From positions 1,280 to 65,279 of the forward strand of contig JAHITE010000123.1 in the NCBI GenBank assembly GCA_018817585.1: a DNA stretch of 64,000 nt, given 5' to 3'. The notes beneath the pieces were generated by a model. That model saw nothing but the letters and a program-made list of their open reading frames with translations. It was not told the origin of the DNA and made no database searches. Position 1 is the stretch's first letter. Each line of letters opens with the position of its first letter. Below are positions 40,501-49,662 of this stretch, in pieces. Both the position numbers and the translations under genes were made by a program. The DNA comes from Candidatus Omnitrophota bacterium (GTDB taxonomy: Bacteria > Omnitrophota > Gorgyraeia > B26-G9).

Positions 40501-40899
40501 ATCTTCCTGAACACTGAAATCTTCCGGACTGATAAACATCTTGCGTTCTAAGAGAGTTTGCTGATTTTGCAGCTGATTACGAAAAGGTTCATAACAGGAA
40601 TTTTCTTTATCATTTATGCTTTTAATAAATGTTCTAAAACCGCGTCGGGAAGCAAACTGCCAGGCTTTATTCGCCGGAAAAAACTCAAGAATCGCGTTTT
40701 TCTTACTTTCCACGCCAAAACTGGCAATACCTTGACCGCGATTCACATAAAAAACCCACATCGGAATACCAAATAAGCCCGCAATCCCTGGAAAGAAACT
40801 TGCAAACGGTTTAGCCAAGTCATAATTGGTAATTACAAATTTTCCGTCATCCTGCAAATAGTATTCGACATTACGATCTTTCTTCACGCTTGCTCCCAT
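37552..40899 (-). CDS. large (alpha/alpha)6-type glycoside hydrolase/phosphorylase-like protein (GH94-related?), 1115 aa
   Basis: N-terminal beta-sandwich-like region FFPGIAGLFGIPMWVFYVNRGQGIASFG; central motif GNGNYRDVNQNRRDD resembling the catalytic Asp region of GH94/GH65-type phosphorylases; size similar to beta-glucan phosphorylases. Family assignment is tentative. Confidence 0.35.
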   Translation of the reverse strand: MGASVKKDRNVEYYLQDDGKFVITNYDLAKPFASFFPGIAGLFGIPMWVFYVNRGQGIASFGVESKKNAILEFFPANKAWQFASRRGFRTFIKSINDKENSCYEPFRNQLQNQQTLLERKMFISPEDFSVQEDNRTIGLKIEAKYFTMSNEPLGCLVRNLTIKNISNKPKSLEIIDGLAQVIPCGANDRFLKDIGRTIEAWMQVEFVTKFKAPFYKLAVDPSDSPQVLYIKGGNFYYSYANTNNSNKKTEFIVDPDVVFGQNKTFQYPRFFCQKNFKVPQEQITSSKTPSAFSYIDLVLKPQEEVTITSLIGYAREEAQLQALIAKANNNDFLINKACEYKQEVAKVQSNIFTKSGNSTYDLYCKQTYLDNVLRGGLAITLEGKEKSHVYHVYSRKHGDLERDYNNFLIEPTYLSQGNGNYRDVNQNRRDDVWFNPMVQDANIIVFFNLIQLDGFNPLVVYGDRFKLKDNQSFKNIKVVLEKKSDALRVEKFIKKQFALGDLFIFLEINGINLKVSKEKFLTELLSSCKRQQNAEHGEGFWVDHWTYNLDALESYLAIYPERLSDILLNKKQFVYFNNCVKVKNRDEKYILYNDMVRQYHAVGLDGVKDESEFCRAKNSDDWAIRTEQGNGSIYKTTLLSKMLCLLTNKMASLDAFGCGIEMEANKPGWYDALNGLPGLFGSSVCETFELKRLIDFILNCIEQLKLESDLLVSVPKELDDFIQGLVGLVNNYLKSKTKSREMLYWDKSYALKETYRKQISRGINGKLVDLKIKEIKAILMKMSAKLEISLANSKDKKTGLYHTYFINEVTKFNKIKTRDGFKKSKDGLFCVQPKQFKQKPLPLFLEAQVHALRCVQDAKKVKALYANTRKSALYDKPLKMFKVNASLEKVTKDIGRARVFTPGWLENESIWLHMEYKFILELLRNGLYEEFFTEFKNVLIPFQPAERYGRSILENSSFLVSSAFPDKTLHGNGFVARLSGSTAEFITMWLWMNVGQNPFRLNENKGLIARFEPALPAWMFTQEEAVFEYCLGKDKHVIIDLPKNSYAFKFLNSTLVIYHNPKNKNTYGKGGVKPLSMRIALDNGNRVNVESSVLDSEYAQMLRDGKISRIDVQLG

Positions 40900-41051
40900 C
40901 CTGTTTTAAATTTTCAGTTTTCAGTCCCGGAAAGTATTTTTTTACCATGAAAATGATTTTTGTAAAGCCAATTAAGAACTTAAGCTACCAGATATTAAGC
41001 GGATGCCCAGACTATTAAACTGGATATAAAGCAGGTTTATTATACTTTTAG

Positions 41052-41402
41052 TCATGGATTCTGCACTTTTAAAAAATTTTCTAAGTACGCTTTGTCCTGT
41101 TTATCCATATAAGTAACTTCAACACCCGCCAGATAAGTTGTTTTCCCCGAAACAGGATCAATGCTTTTTTCTCCAATCCATCTAACATTGCCTTCTGCTA
41201 CTGTCATATCCGGATTATTCGGTACATCAATATTAAGTTCAAGATTATCATTTAAATTTAAGCTTGAAGACGAAGTAATCTTTACGCCCTCCAAACTAAT
41301 ATCCTGAGTAAAAGCTTCATGTTTTTGTTCCGGCTGGCCTTCAAAGTTAAATCTAATAAAAACCGATGATAAAGCTCTTTGGGCTTGGCGTCTTTCTTTC
41401 AT
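41052..41402 (-). CDS. PilZ-domain protein (c-di-GMP effector)
   Basis: RRQAQR (RxxxR) and DISLEG (DxSxxG) motifs; 116 aa. Confidence 0.55.
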   Translation of the reverse strand: MKERRQAQRALSSVFIRFNFEGQPEQKHEAFTQDISLEGVKITSSSSLNLNDNLELNIDVPNNPDMTVAEGNVRWIGEKSIDPVSGKTTYLAGVEVTYMDKQDKAYLENFLKVQNP

Positions 41403-41545
41403 AACATTCTCCTTGTCTAACCATAGATTATAAAACCATATAAAAACTCAAGTTTTACATCATTTTATTTTCAGATATATTCTACCATCACTCTGACATT
41501 TTATCAAGAAAAAGAGAAATTAAATAAATTAGCGATATTCTTTTA

Positions 41546-41920
41546 TTAATGCCCACATCCGCCGCCATGACCAGCACAGCCATGTTCTGCTTTTAATTCT
41601 GTTTGTTTCTTATCTGTAAATAAATCTATATTAAACTTCACAGTCCCTTGCCGCGCTCGATAAACCTTAACTCCCTTACTGTTTAATTTATTAATCGCTC
41701 CCGCACCGATACCGCCGACCACAATCGCATCCACAGTCTTTCCATCTAAGGCTTTCAGCGGATTACACATACCATGGTCATGACCTAAGTCTTGATTATC
41801 TACAGTTTCCAATGCTTTTGTTTGTGTGTCAAAAACCAAAAAAGCCGGAGCTAAACCAAAATGACCAAACACCTGACTATCTAATCCCTTATCCTCTTCC
41901 ACCGAAAAACATATTTTCAT
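41546..41920 (-). CDS. dinitrogenase FeMo-cofactor-binding (NifX/NifB C-terminal) family protein with Cys/His-rich tail
   Basis: Family-typical MKICFSVEE...GHFGLAPAFLVFD...AIVVGGIGAGAINKL; C-terminus HGCAGHGGGCGH. Confidence 0.65.
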   Translation of the reverse strand: MKICFSVEEDKGLDSQVFGHFGLAPAFLVFDTQTKALETVDNQDLGHDHGMCNPLKALDGKTVDAIVVGGIGAGAINKLNSKGVKVYRARQGTVKFNIDLFTDKKQTELKAEHGCAGHGGGCGH

Positions 41921-42172
41921 CGCGTTTCTCCCATCTGTTTTAGTTTATTGAGTTTTAAAACGGTTAAGACATAAACCTATTCATTTAATCATGCGCGGTT
42001 ATTATAACATAAAAAATCATTTAAATTAAATATGCTCCGCTGGTTTATATTTATCCTGATTTTTTCTGTTTATTTATGCTCTGGATATTTTTCCTTTACC
42101 ACTACTGCGCCTTTGGATACAGACATGCGGGTTTTATTGTTCTGAAAAATAAAAGACTCTTTACAGTACAGA

Positions 42173-42841
42173 TTAAATTGCCGCAAAACGCTCTAAGGAT
42201 TTTTTAACTAAACAAGCTGTTCCGTTATTAATGATATCTTTTATCTGCTCGAGGGTTAGACCTGCGCCTAAGGCAATATTTGTTGCCTTTTCCCGGGTAA
42301 TTAAGTTGTCTGGACCATGACTATCTGTATTTACAACAAAGCCTGTTCCATACTGCAAGCCAAGCCTAGCCACATGGCCATTACCCAGGCAATGCCCAGC
42401 CCTGGCGCTGATTTCCAGATAAATACCTTTACTGGCAGCCAGTTTAACATCATCAGCAGTAATCAATCCAGGATGGGCCACAATATCCACACCAGCCTCA
42501 ATTGCCGCGCGATTAGTGCCAGAGATAACTGGCTCAGACAGAGTCTCCCCATGACCAATAACCAAACAAGCGCCTAAACTCCGAGCATAGGCAGTTAAAT
42601 CCTTAAAATCTTCTAAAGGAATATGGGTAAGTTCCACCCCGGGAATTAATTTAATATCGACTTTTTTCGATAAATCTTTGCATACTTTCACTAAGGCAGA
42701 TAAAACATGTTCAATATTTGAGCGGTCCACATGATCTGTTATCCCCAATACTTTATAGCCCATAACATGGGCCCTTCTGACTAGTTCAGAAGGAACTAAA
42801 CAGCCGTCACTAAGAATAGTATGTGTATGTAAATCAATCAT
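42173..42841 (-). CDS. PHP-family phosphoesterase
   Basis: MIDLHTHTILSDG...LGITDH metal-binding motifs. Start moved to MIDLHT (42841) because the longer ORF-track version overlaps tRNA-Arg. Confidence 0.75.
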   Translation of the reverse strand: MIDLHTHTILSDGCLVPSELVRRAHVMGYKVLGITDHVDRSNIEHVLSALVKVCKDLSKKVDIKLIPGVELTHIPLEDFKDLTAYARSLGACLVIGHGETLSEPVISGTNRAAIEAGVDIVAHPGLITADDVKLAASKGIYLEISARAGHCLGNGHVARLGLQYGTGFVVNTDSHGPDNLITREKATNIALGAGLTLEQIKDIINNGTACLVKKSLERFAAI

Positions 42842-42858
42842 TTTGACCTCATGAATTA

Positions 42859-42935
42859 TTGGTGCCCCTGAGACGAATCGAACGTCTGGCACTTGGTTTA
42901 GGAAACCAATGCTCTATCCTTCTGAGCTACAGGGG
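42859..42935 (-). tRNA. tRNA-Arg (anticodon CCU)
   Basis: Reverse complement GCCCCTGTAGCTCAGAAGGATAGAGCATTGGTTTCCTAAACCAAGTGCCAGACGTTCGATTCGTCTCAGGGGCACCA: 7-bp acceptor, D-arm GCTC/GAGC, anticodon stem TTGGT/ACCAA with loop UUCCUAA, T-loop TTCGATT, encoded CCA. Confidence 0.85.
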
Positions 42936-43058
42936 CAGCATGATAGTTGTACTTTCCGTAGCTTCTTATCCCGCCGCATTTTGGCAAGGGCTACACTTTT
43001 TCGATTTAGGTTTTGGCTATTATTTTGCGGCACAATTCCTCTTAAATTTAATTTTCAG

Positions 43059-44006
43059 TTATTTTTTTAAAGATTTTGCTTTTTCTTTTTCATACCTTGC
43101 TTTTATTTTATCCAGTTTTTCTAAATTGCTGATTATCGTCTGTTTTCGAAAATCATCGCTTTTATCTAAAACTTTATAAAAATAAATTCCCGCGTCATAA
43201 AAATTTTTTTCAATTAACTTAAAATCATCCTGCGCGAATAAATTTACCAAATCAAAATTATACAAGCCCAGCATATAAAAAATATCATCCTCCGGATATT
43301 CGCGGGCTAATGCTTCTAATTGCTCGATTGCTTTTTGATAGGACAGATATCCTTCTCCGGCAATTGCTGTAAAAATTCCATATCTTGCTGTTTGTTCATC
43401 GATCCCCTGAGCGGAATCAAGAAAAAAATCCTCACGCTGCGAAGCGCGTAAATACTGCTTATAATAATCCAGCATATTAGCCCTATCACCCTGCTCATAA
43501 TAAACCGCTGCCAGTTCAGCCAAAGCTCTTTTTACACTGCGGGAATCCGGGCCTTTTAATTTTTTAAATACTCTTTTGTTCTTAGGATAATTCTTAAGAA
43601 CTTCTTCATAATTTTCCAATGCTTTAACATAATCCTTCTTAATATAATACAAAAAAGCAACATACCGGATTAGTTCAATTTTGCCAGGCTCCATAGACAG
43701 TATGCCCTTACCTAAATTTATGGTCTTATCGATTTCTTCCGGAGTTTTAGTCTTAAGAAACTGCGCGATGAAATTATTTTTCGCTTGATTAAAATCAGTA
43801 ATTAAATAGGTATTATCCTGTCTTGAACCGCTTTTTTTAAATGAAGAGCCAGTATCAAACATCATCGCAATAAAGCTCCGAATATTTGAATTAAAAGCAG
43901 CATCAATCTCTTGCCACTTGGGAATAACAACCGTAAACAGTAAAATTATGCCAATTATCGCGCAGACAATCTTTGCAATAAATACAACTGTTTCTCTATC
44001 CATCAT
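43059..44006 (-). CDS. TPR-repeat protein with N-terminal membrane anchor
   Basis: One N-terminal TM helix followed by several TPR-like helical pairs (..ALENYEEVLKNYPKN.., ..ELAAVYYEQGD..). Confidence 0.5.
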   Translation of the reverse strand: MMDRETVVFIAKIVCAIIGIILLFTVVIPKWQEIDAAFNSNIRSFIAMMFDTGSSFKKSGSRQDNTYLITDFNQAKNNFIAQFLKTKTPEEIDKTINLGKGILSMEPGKIELIRYVAFLYYIKKDYVKALENYEEVLKNYPKNKRVFKKLKGPDSRSVKRALAELAAVYYEQGDRANMLDYYKQYLRASQREDFFLDSAQGIDEQTARYGIFTAIAGEGYLSYQKAIEQLEALAREYPEDDIFYMLGLYNFDLVNLFAQDDFKLIEKNFYDAGIYFYKVLDKSDDFRKQTIISNLEKLDKIKARYEKEKAKSLKK

Positions 44007-44054
44007 ATTTAACCTGCGTTTAGCGTTTAGTCAATGGTCAATTAATTTTAAAAA

Positions 44055-44152
44055 TCGTAGGGGCGCTGCTTGCCTGCGCCCGTTTATTAATAATTTCATT
44101 TGTTTTTGGTAATTGTATATTATTACGGGCCGGGACAAGCGCGGCCCCTACC
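44055..44152. repeat. pair of GC-rich hairpins that together form an imperfect inverted repeat around an AT-rich spacer
   Basis: Hairpin 1: TCGTAGGGGCGCTGCTTGCCTGCGCCCGT. Hairpin 2: ACGGGCCGGGACAAGCGCGGCCCCTACC, whose reverse complement resembles hairpin 1. About 40-bp AT-rich spacer. Lies between the apt terminator and the TPR gene. Confidence 0.5.
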
Positions 44153-44194
44153 TAGTGTTTTTCTTTTATTTTAGCATTTTATCCAAAGAAAAGC

Positions 44195-44233
44195 AAAAAA
44201 AAGGGTACGGATAATCTGTCCGCGCCCTTTTGG
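44195..44233 (-). terminator. rho-independent terminator of apt
   Basis: On the minus strand, hairpin CCAAAAGGGCGCGGACAGATTATCCGTACCC followed by TTTTTTTT, about 20 nt after the apt stop. Confidence 0.55.
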
Positions 44234-44252
44234 TTTAATATCTAAGCAAACA

Positions 44253-44777
44253 TTAATATTTGATCAAGGAAGTAATTGAATATCCTTTAAGTTTTTTTCT
44301 GCCTTTCAGGAACTCCAGCTCGATCAAAAAACCTATGCCTGCTATTTTAGCTTTAGATTTTTTTAACAGCTGACAAACAGCATTAATCGTCCCGCCAGTT
44401 GCCAAAACATCATCCACAATCAGGACGCTGCCTTGCGCTTTGATCGCGTCTTGGTGAATTGCCAAGGTATCTTGCCCGTACTCTAAGTCATAAGTAACTT
44501 CATAGGTTTTATAAGGCAATTTACCCTTTTTTCTTACCAATACCAATCCAGCATTAAGCTTATAAGCTAAAACTGCTCCAAAAATAAATCCGCGGGCCTC
44601 GACACAAACAACCGCATCGATTTTTTTTCCTTTATACTGCTTATACATTGTATCCACTGTTTGTTTAAACCGTTTAGGGTCTTTTAACAAGGTAGTAATG
44701 TCTTTAAACATTATCCCTTTTTTAGGAAAATCCGGAACATCTCTGATTGATTGGGCAAGTAAGGCTAATGTTTTCAT
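44253..44777 (-). CDS. apt: adenine phosphoribosyltransferase
   Basis: PRPP-binding VLIVDDVLATGGT; 174 aa. Confidence 0.9.
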   Translation of the reverse strand: MKTLALLAQSIRDVPDFPKKGIMFKDITTLLKDPKRFKQTVDTMYKQYKGKKIDAVVCVEARGFIFGAVLAYKLNAGLVLVRKKGKLPYKTYEVTYDLEYGQDTLAIHQDAIKAQGSVLIVDDVLATGGTINAVCQLLKKSKAKIAGIGFLIELEFLKGRKKLKGYSITSLIKY

Positions 44778-45586
44778 TGATCAGCTTCCTCCATAAAACC
44801 CTTAAGTTTTTTCAAAGCATTGTTTTCTATCTGTCTGACGCGCTCCCGGCTGATTTTAAAACTCTTAGCTGTTTCTTCTAATGTCCGAAAAGTTCCATCT
44901 TGCAGTCCATATCGAAGAACTAATATCTGTCTTTCCCGCTCAGACATTTTTTCCAAAAGCTCAGCAATTTTTTCCTGCCTAAGCATTCGGCTTAATTCTT
45001 CAAAAGGGGAAACTACAGATTCATCTTCGATTAAATCCATAAATTCCCCTGAAGAATCTTCACCAATTGGTTTGTGCAATGAAGTTGTCCGCGTCACAAT
45101 CTCGCTTAAACCCTGCGCTTTTTTAATTGTTATCCGCATCTTCTTGGCAATTTCCTTAATCGCCGGAGTTCGCCCTAATTTCTGAGTCAACTGCTCAGTA
45201 ATCCGTTTCCACTTGGTGATGGTTTCAGTCAAGTAGACAGGAACGCGGATAGTTTTACTTTGATTAGCAATTGCTCTGGTTATGAATTGACGGATCCACC
45301 ACGCCGCGTAAGTACTAAATCTATAGCCTTTGCTTGGTTCAAATTTCTCAACCGCGCGCATCAGCCCTAAATTTCCTTCTTCAATCAAATCCGTAATTGG
45401 CACGCCCAAAAAACTGTATTTTTTGGCGATGTTAACTACCAATCGTAGATTTGAATTAATCATTAACTTACGAGCATTAGCATCACCACGTTTTGCTTTT
45501 TTAGCAACCTTCATCTCATCTTCCGGAGATAAAAGTGGGATGTTTTTTATATCTTTTAGATATAATCGGATCGGATCCATCACCAT
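44774..45586 (-). CDS. sigA: compact sigma-70-family RNA polymerase sigma factor (probable primary SigA/RpoD by synteny)
   Basis: Region 2 YAAWWIRQFITRAI, region 3, region 4 TLEETAKSFKISRERVRQIENNALKKL; only 270 aa; position after glyQS...ppdK mirrors the Firmicute sigA locus. Confidence 0.75.
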   Translation of the reverse strand: MVMDPIRLYLKDIKNIPLLSPEDEMKVAKKAKRGDANARKLMINSNLRLVVNIAKKYSFLGVPITDLIEEGNLGLMRAVEKFEPSKGYRFSTYAAWWIRQFITRAIANQSKTIRVPVYLTETITKWKRITEQLTQKLGRTPAIKEIAKKMRITIKKAQGLSEIVTRTTSLHKPIGEDSSGEFMDLIEDESVVSPFEELSRMLRQEKIAELLEKMSERERQILVLRYGLQDGTFRTLEETAKSFKISRERVRQIENNALKKLKGFMEEADQ

Positions 45587-45592
45587 AATTTA

Positions 45593-48286
45593 TTATTTCT
45601 TTCCTTTGCTTTCTTCTAAAGCAGCCTGAGCCGCGGCTAAGCGAGCTATCGGTACCCTAAAAGGAGAACAGCTAACATAGTTAAGGCCAACACGATGACA
45701 AAATTTTACTGATTCAGACTCTCCACCATGTTCTCCACAGATTCCGCATTTTAAATTCGGCTTAATTTTTCTGCCTAAATTAACTGCTGTCTGAACAAGC
45801 TTACCAACACCGTTCTGGTCAATCGTCATAAACGGATCATCAGATAATATTTTCTTTTCAATATAATCCGGCAAGAAAACTCCCGCGTCATCACGACTGT
45901 AACCAAATGTCATCTGAGTTAAATCATTAGTTCCAAAAGAGAAGAACTCGGCTTTTTCCGCTATTTCATCAGCAGTAAGCGCGGCCCGAGGAATTTCAAT
46001 CATTGTTCCCACCATGTATTTAACTTGGGATTTTGCTTTACTGATAATCGCGTCCGCAGTCTCTCTGACAATCGGTTCTAAGAAATCAAATTCCGCTTTA
46101 GTTCCAATTAAAGGAATCATGATTTCCGGAAGAACTTTAATTCCCTTTTTCGCCATATTAACCGCTGCTTCAATAATCGCGGTTGTCTGCATTACACACA
46201 ATTCAGGATAGGTGATTGACAGACGGCATCCGCGATGTCCCAGCATTGGGTTTAATTCATGCAGCTTAGTTACATATTCAAGAACCTTAGCTGTAGAGAT
46301 GTTTAAACGCTTTGCCATTTCTTTCTGTCCAGCAGCATCATTCGGTAGGAACTCATGTAATGGCGGATCAAGTAGACGAATAGTTACTGGGAATCCGTTC
46401 ATTTCTTTAAAAATTCCTTCAAAATCTTTCCGCTGGTAAGGCAGAAGTTTTTTCAATGCTTTTTGGCGGCCTTCAGTATCCTGCGCAAGAATAAACTCGC
46501 GAATTGCCCAAATTCTCTCACCTTCAAAAAACATATGCTCGGTTCTGGTTAAGCCAATACCTTCAGCGCCTAATCTGCGCGCAGCCAATGAATCTTTCGG
46601 AGTATCGGAATTGGTTCTTACGCTGAGCTTGCGATACTGATCAGCCCATTGCATAACCTGTACAAACATCTTATAAATCGGATCTTTCTTTGCCTGCGCA
46701 TTATTTTCAACAACCCCAGAGATTACCGGGCTTGATGAAGTTTTAATATGGCCTAACATAACTTCTCCAGTTGTTCCATCCAAAGAAATCCAATCGCCCT
46801 CTTTAATTACTAATTTACCCACAGTTATCTGCTTTTTAGCATAGTTGATATTTAAAGCGCTGCAACCGGCAATACAGCATTTACCCCAGCCGCGAGCCAC
46901 AACTGCTGCATGAGAAGTTACACCACCTGTTGAGGTAAGAATTCCCTCAGCCGCTGCCATTCCAGCAACATCTTCCGGTGAAGTCTCATGACGCACCAAA
47001 ATAACATTCTTGCCTTTTTGTTTCCAAGCCACTGCTGCATCAGCAGTAAAAACTACCTGACCTGAGGCTGCCCCTGGACCTGCAGGCAAACCTTTAGCGA
47101 TTTTTTTAGCAGCTGCACTAGCTTTAAGATCGAAAATCGGAAACAAAAGCTGATTTAACTGATCGCCCTCAATCCGCATCAAAGCTTCATCAGGTGTAAT
47201 CATTTTTTCTTTAACCATGTCCACAGCTATTTTAACTGCAGCCAGGCCGGTACGTTTTCCGGTACGAGTCTGAAGCATAAACAATTTGCCTTCCTGAATC
47301 GTAAACTCAACGTCCTGCATATCTTTATAATGTGTTTCTAATTTATTCCGGATATCATTGAGTTCTTTATAAATTGCTGGCCATTCTTTTTTAAGATCAC
47401 TGATCGGCTCTGGAGTTCTGATCCCGGCAACAACGTCTTCTCCTTGAGCATTAATTAAAAATTCGCCAAAAAATTCAGTACCGCCATTAGAAGGATTACG
47501 AGTAAAAGCAACCCCTGTTCCTGAAGTATCACCCATATTACCAAATACCATTGCCTGTACGTTCACGGCAGTACCAAGTAACCCGGTAATTTTATTAATT
47601 CTTCGGTAGATTACCGCTCTCGGAATATTCCAGGAACCAAATACAGCATTAACTGAAGCCATTAACTGTTCTTTGGCGCTGGATGGAAAAGGTTTTTTTA
47701 CATGTTTCTCATAAACCTTTTTATATTCTCCACAAAGCTCTTTAAGTTGATCTGCGTTTAGATCATTATCTAACTTGGCTTTGTATTTTTTCTTTATTGC
47801 CGATAGTTTTTCTTCAAAATGTTCATGATGCACTCCCATAACTACATCGCCGAACATATCAATAAACCGACGATAAGCGTCCCAGGCAAGTCTTGGATTA
47901 TTTGTCTTTTTAGCCATACCTTCGACTGCCGCATCATTAAGTCCAAGATTAAGAACAGTGTCCATCATTCCCGGCATAGATGCCGCAGCACCGCTTCTAA
48001 CTGATACTAACAACGGATTATTAGCATCGCCTAATTTAGCATCCATTGTTTTTTCCAGCTTAGCGATATTTTCATCAATCTGCTTTTGAAGTTCATCCGG
48101 ATATTTATTACCATTTTTATAGTAATAATCACAAACTTCGGTTGAAATCGTAAACCCAGGAGGAACCGGAACACCGATACTTGCCATTTCCGCAAGATTA
48201 GCACCTTTACCACCGAGAAGAGCCTTCATGGATTTGTCGCCTTCGGATTGTCCTTTACCAAAAAAATACACATACTTTTTTGCCAT
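45593..48286 (-). CDS. ppdK: pyruvate, phosphate dikinase
   Basis: N-terminal ATP-grasp (GGKGANLAEM), central phospho-His domain (TSHAAVVARGWG), C-terminal PEP-utilising TIM barrel; about 900 aa. Confidence 0.95.
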   Translation of the reverse strand: MAKKYVYFFGKGQSEGDKSMKALLGGKGANLAEMASIGVPVPPGFTISTEVCDYYYKNGNKYPDELQKQIDENIAKLEKTMDAKLGDANNPLLVSVRSGAAASMPGMMDTVLNLGLNDAAVEGMAKKTNNPRLAWDAYRRFIDMFGDVVMGVHHEHFEEKLSAIKKKYKAKLDNDLNADQLKELCGEYKKVYEKHVKKPFPSSAKEQLMASVNAVFGSWNIPRAVIYRRINKITGLLGTAVNVQAMVFGNMGDTSGTGVAFTRNPSNGGTEFFGEFLINAQGEDVVAGIRTPEPISDLKKEWPAIYKELNDIRNKLETHYKDMQDVEFTIQEGKLFMLQTRTGKRTGLAAVKIAVDMVKEKMITPDEALMRIEGDQLNQLLFPIFDLKASAAAKKIAKGLPAGPGAASGQVVFTADAAVAWKQKGKNVILVRHETSPEDVAGMAAAEGILTSTGGVTSHAAVVARGWGKCCIAGCSALNINYAKKQITVGKLVIKEGDWISLDGTTGEVMLGHIKTSSSPVISGVVENNAQAKKDPIYKMFVQVMQWADQYRKLSVRTNSDTPKDSLAARRLGAEGIGLTRTEHMFFEGERIWAIREFILAQDTEGRQKALKKLLPYQRKDFEGIFKEMNGFPVTIRLLDPPLHEFLPNDAAGQKEMAKRLNISTAKVLEYVTKLHELNPMLGHRGCRLSITYPELCVMQTTAIIEAAVNMAKKGIKVLPEIMIPLIGTKAEFDFLEPIVRETADAIISKAKSQVKYMVGTMIEIPRAALTADEIAEKAEFFSFGTNDLTQMTFGYSRDDAGVFLPDYIEKKILSDDPFMTIDQNGVGKLVQTAVNLGRKIKPNLKCGICGEHGGESESVKFCHRVGLNYVSCSPFRVPIARLAAAQAALEESKGKK

Positions 48287-48336
48287 TTCTAAAACTACCC
48301 CTTTCCATCATTTAACAATTAACAACATTAATAAAA

Positions 48337-49662
48337 TTAACCTAATTTTTCCTGCAAATATTTATCCAACTGATCTAAGCTTATTCTTTCCTGCAGCATA
48401 GTATCGCGATCCCGGATTGTAATCATATTATCTTCTGTAGACTGAACATCCACGGTAAGACAATACAAAGTACCGATTTCATCTTGACGGCGATAAAGCT
48501 TGCCAATTGAAGCAGTATCGTCGTATTTTACCACATAATTTTTCTTTAAGCCACTAATAATTTTTTTAGCCATTTCAACAATTTGTGGGTTCTTTTTTAG
48601 CAGCGGTAATACAGCGATTTGAAACGGGCAAAGCTCTTTATGCAAGCCCAAGACAACCCTTGTTGCTCCTTTCACCGCCTCTTCACGATAAGCGTCAACC
48701 AAAAATGCGAGTGTTGCTCGGTCAACACCACCGGACGGCTCAATAACATGCGGCAGATATTTCAGATTAGCCGCTTGATCAAAGTACTGCAGATCTTTAC
48801 CACTTTGTTTTGCATGTTGGCTTAAATCAAAGTTTCCTCGATTAGCAATTCCTTCTAACTCTGACCAGCCGAAAGGAAATTCATATTCGATGTCAGTACA
48901 GCCGCTGGCATAATGCGCCAGTTCATCATCAGCGTGAATCCGCAGCTGTAGTTTTTCTTTTTTTATTCCATATTCCTGATACCAGGCAAATCTTTGCTCA
49001 ACCCATTGTTTATATGCTTCTGAAGCATTATCCGGATTTACAAAATATTCGATTTCCATCTGCTCAAATTCCCGGGTGCGAAATGTAAAATTACCGGGAG
49101 TGATTTCATTGCGGAAACTCTTACCAATCTGAGCAATCCCGAACGGTAATTTTCTGTGCCGGGAATTAACCACATTTTGAAAATTAACAAAAATTCCCTG
49201 CGCTGTTTCCGGTCTTAAATAAGTAATCGCGCTTTCATCTTCAATTGGCCCAAGAAATGTTTTTAGCATCAGATTAAACAAACGCGGCGGATTTTTAATC
49301 AAATCTATTTCTGCCTGACAATCCGGACATTTACGCAGATCCCCGGATCCCGGCAAGTGATCAACCCGAAAACGTTTTTTACAGGCTTTGCAGTCAACCA
49401 AAGCATCAGTAAAACCATCCGTATGTCCGGAAGCTTTCCAAGTCGCTGGATGCATTAGGATCGCCGCGTCCAGGCCTTCCATATCATCTCTGTGATGCAC
49501 CACTGAATTCCACCAAGCCTGTTTTACATTGCGTTTTAATTCAACACCCAAAGGACCATAATCCCAGGTACTGCCCAATCCGCCGTAGATTTCAGAACTG
49601 GGAAAAATAAACCCACGGCGTTTACATAAAGAAACAATTGTATCCATTGTTACATTAGACAT
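48337..49662 (-). CDS. glyQS: glycine--tRNA ligase (dimeric class II GlyQS type)
   Basis: N-terminus FIFPSSEIYGGLGSTWDYGPLG; class II motifs; about 440 aa. Confidence 0.9.
   Translation of the reverse strand: MSNVTMDTIVSLCKRRGFIFPSSEIYGGLGSTWDYGPLGVELKRNVKQAWWNSVVHHRDDMEGLDAAILMHPATWKASGHTDGFTDALVDCKACKKRFRVDHLPGSGDLRKCPDCQAEIDLIKNPPRLFNLMLKTFLGPIEDESAITYLRPETAQGIFVNFQNVVNSRHRKLPFGIAQIGKSFRNEITPGNFTFRTREFEQMEIEYFVNPDNASEAYKQWVEQRFAWYQEYGIKKEKLQLRIHADDELAHYASGCTDIEYEFPFGWSELEGIANRGNFDLSQHAKQSGKDLQYFDQAANLKYLPHVIEPSGGVDRATLAFLVDAYREEAVKGATRVVLGLHKELCPFQIAVLPLLKKNPQIVEMAKKIISGLKKNYVVKYDDTASIGKLYRRQDEIGTLYCLTVDVQSTEDNMITIRDRDTMLQERISLDQLDKYLQEKLG

Noticed and set aside
42033-42149. 38-codon plus-strand ORF (MLRWFIFILIFSVYLCSGYFSFTT...) between the NifX-like and PHP genes as a small membrane protein
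   Set aside because: Below a reasonable size threshold, no RBS evident, in an AT-rich spacer where hydrophobic mini-ORFs arise by chance. Could only be supported by ribosome profiling.
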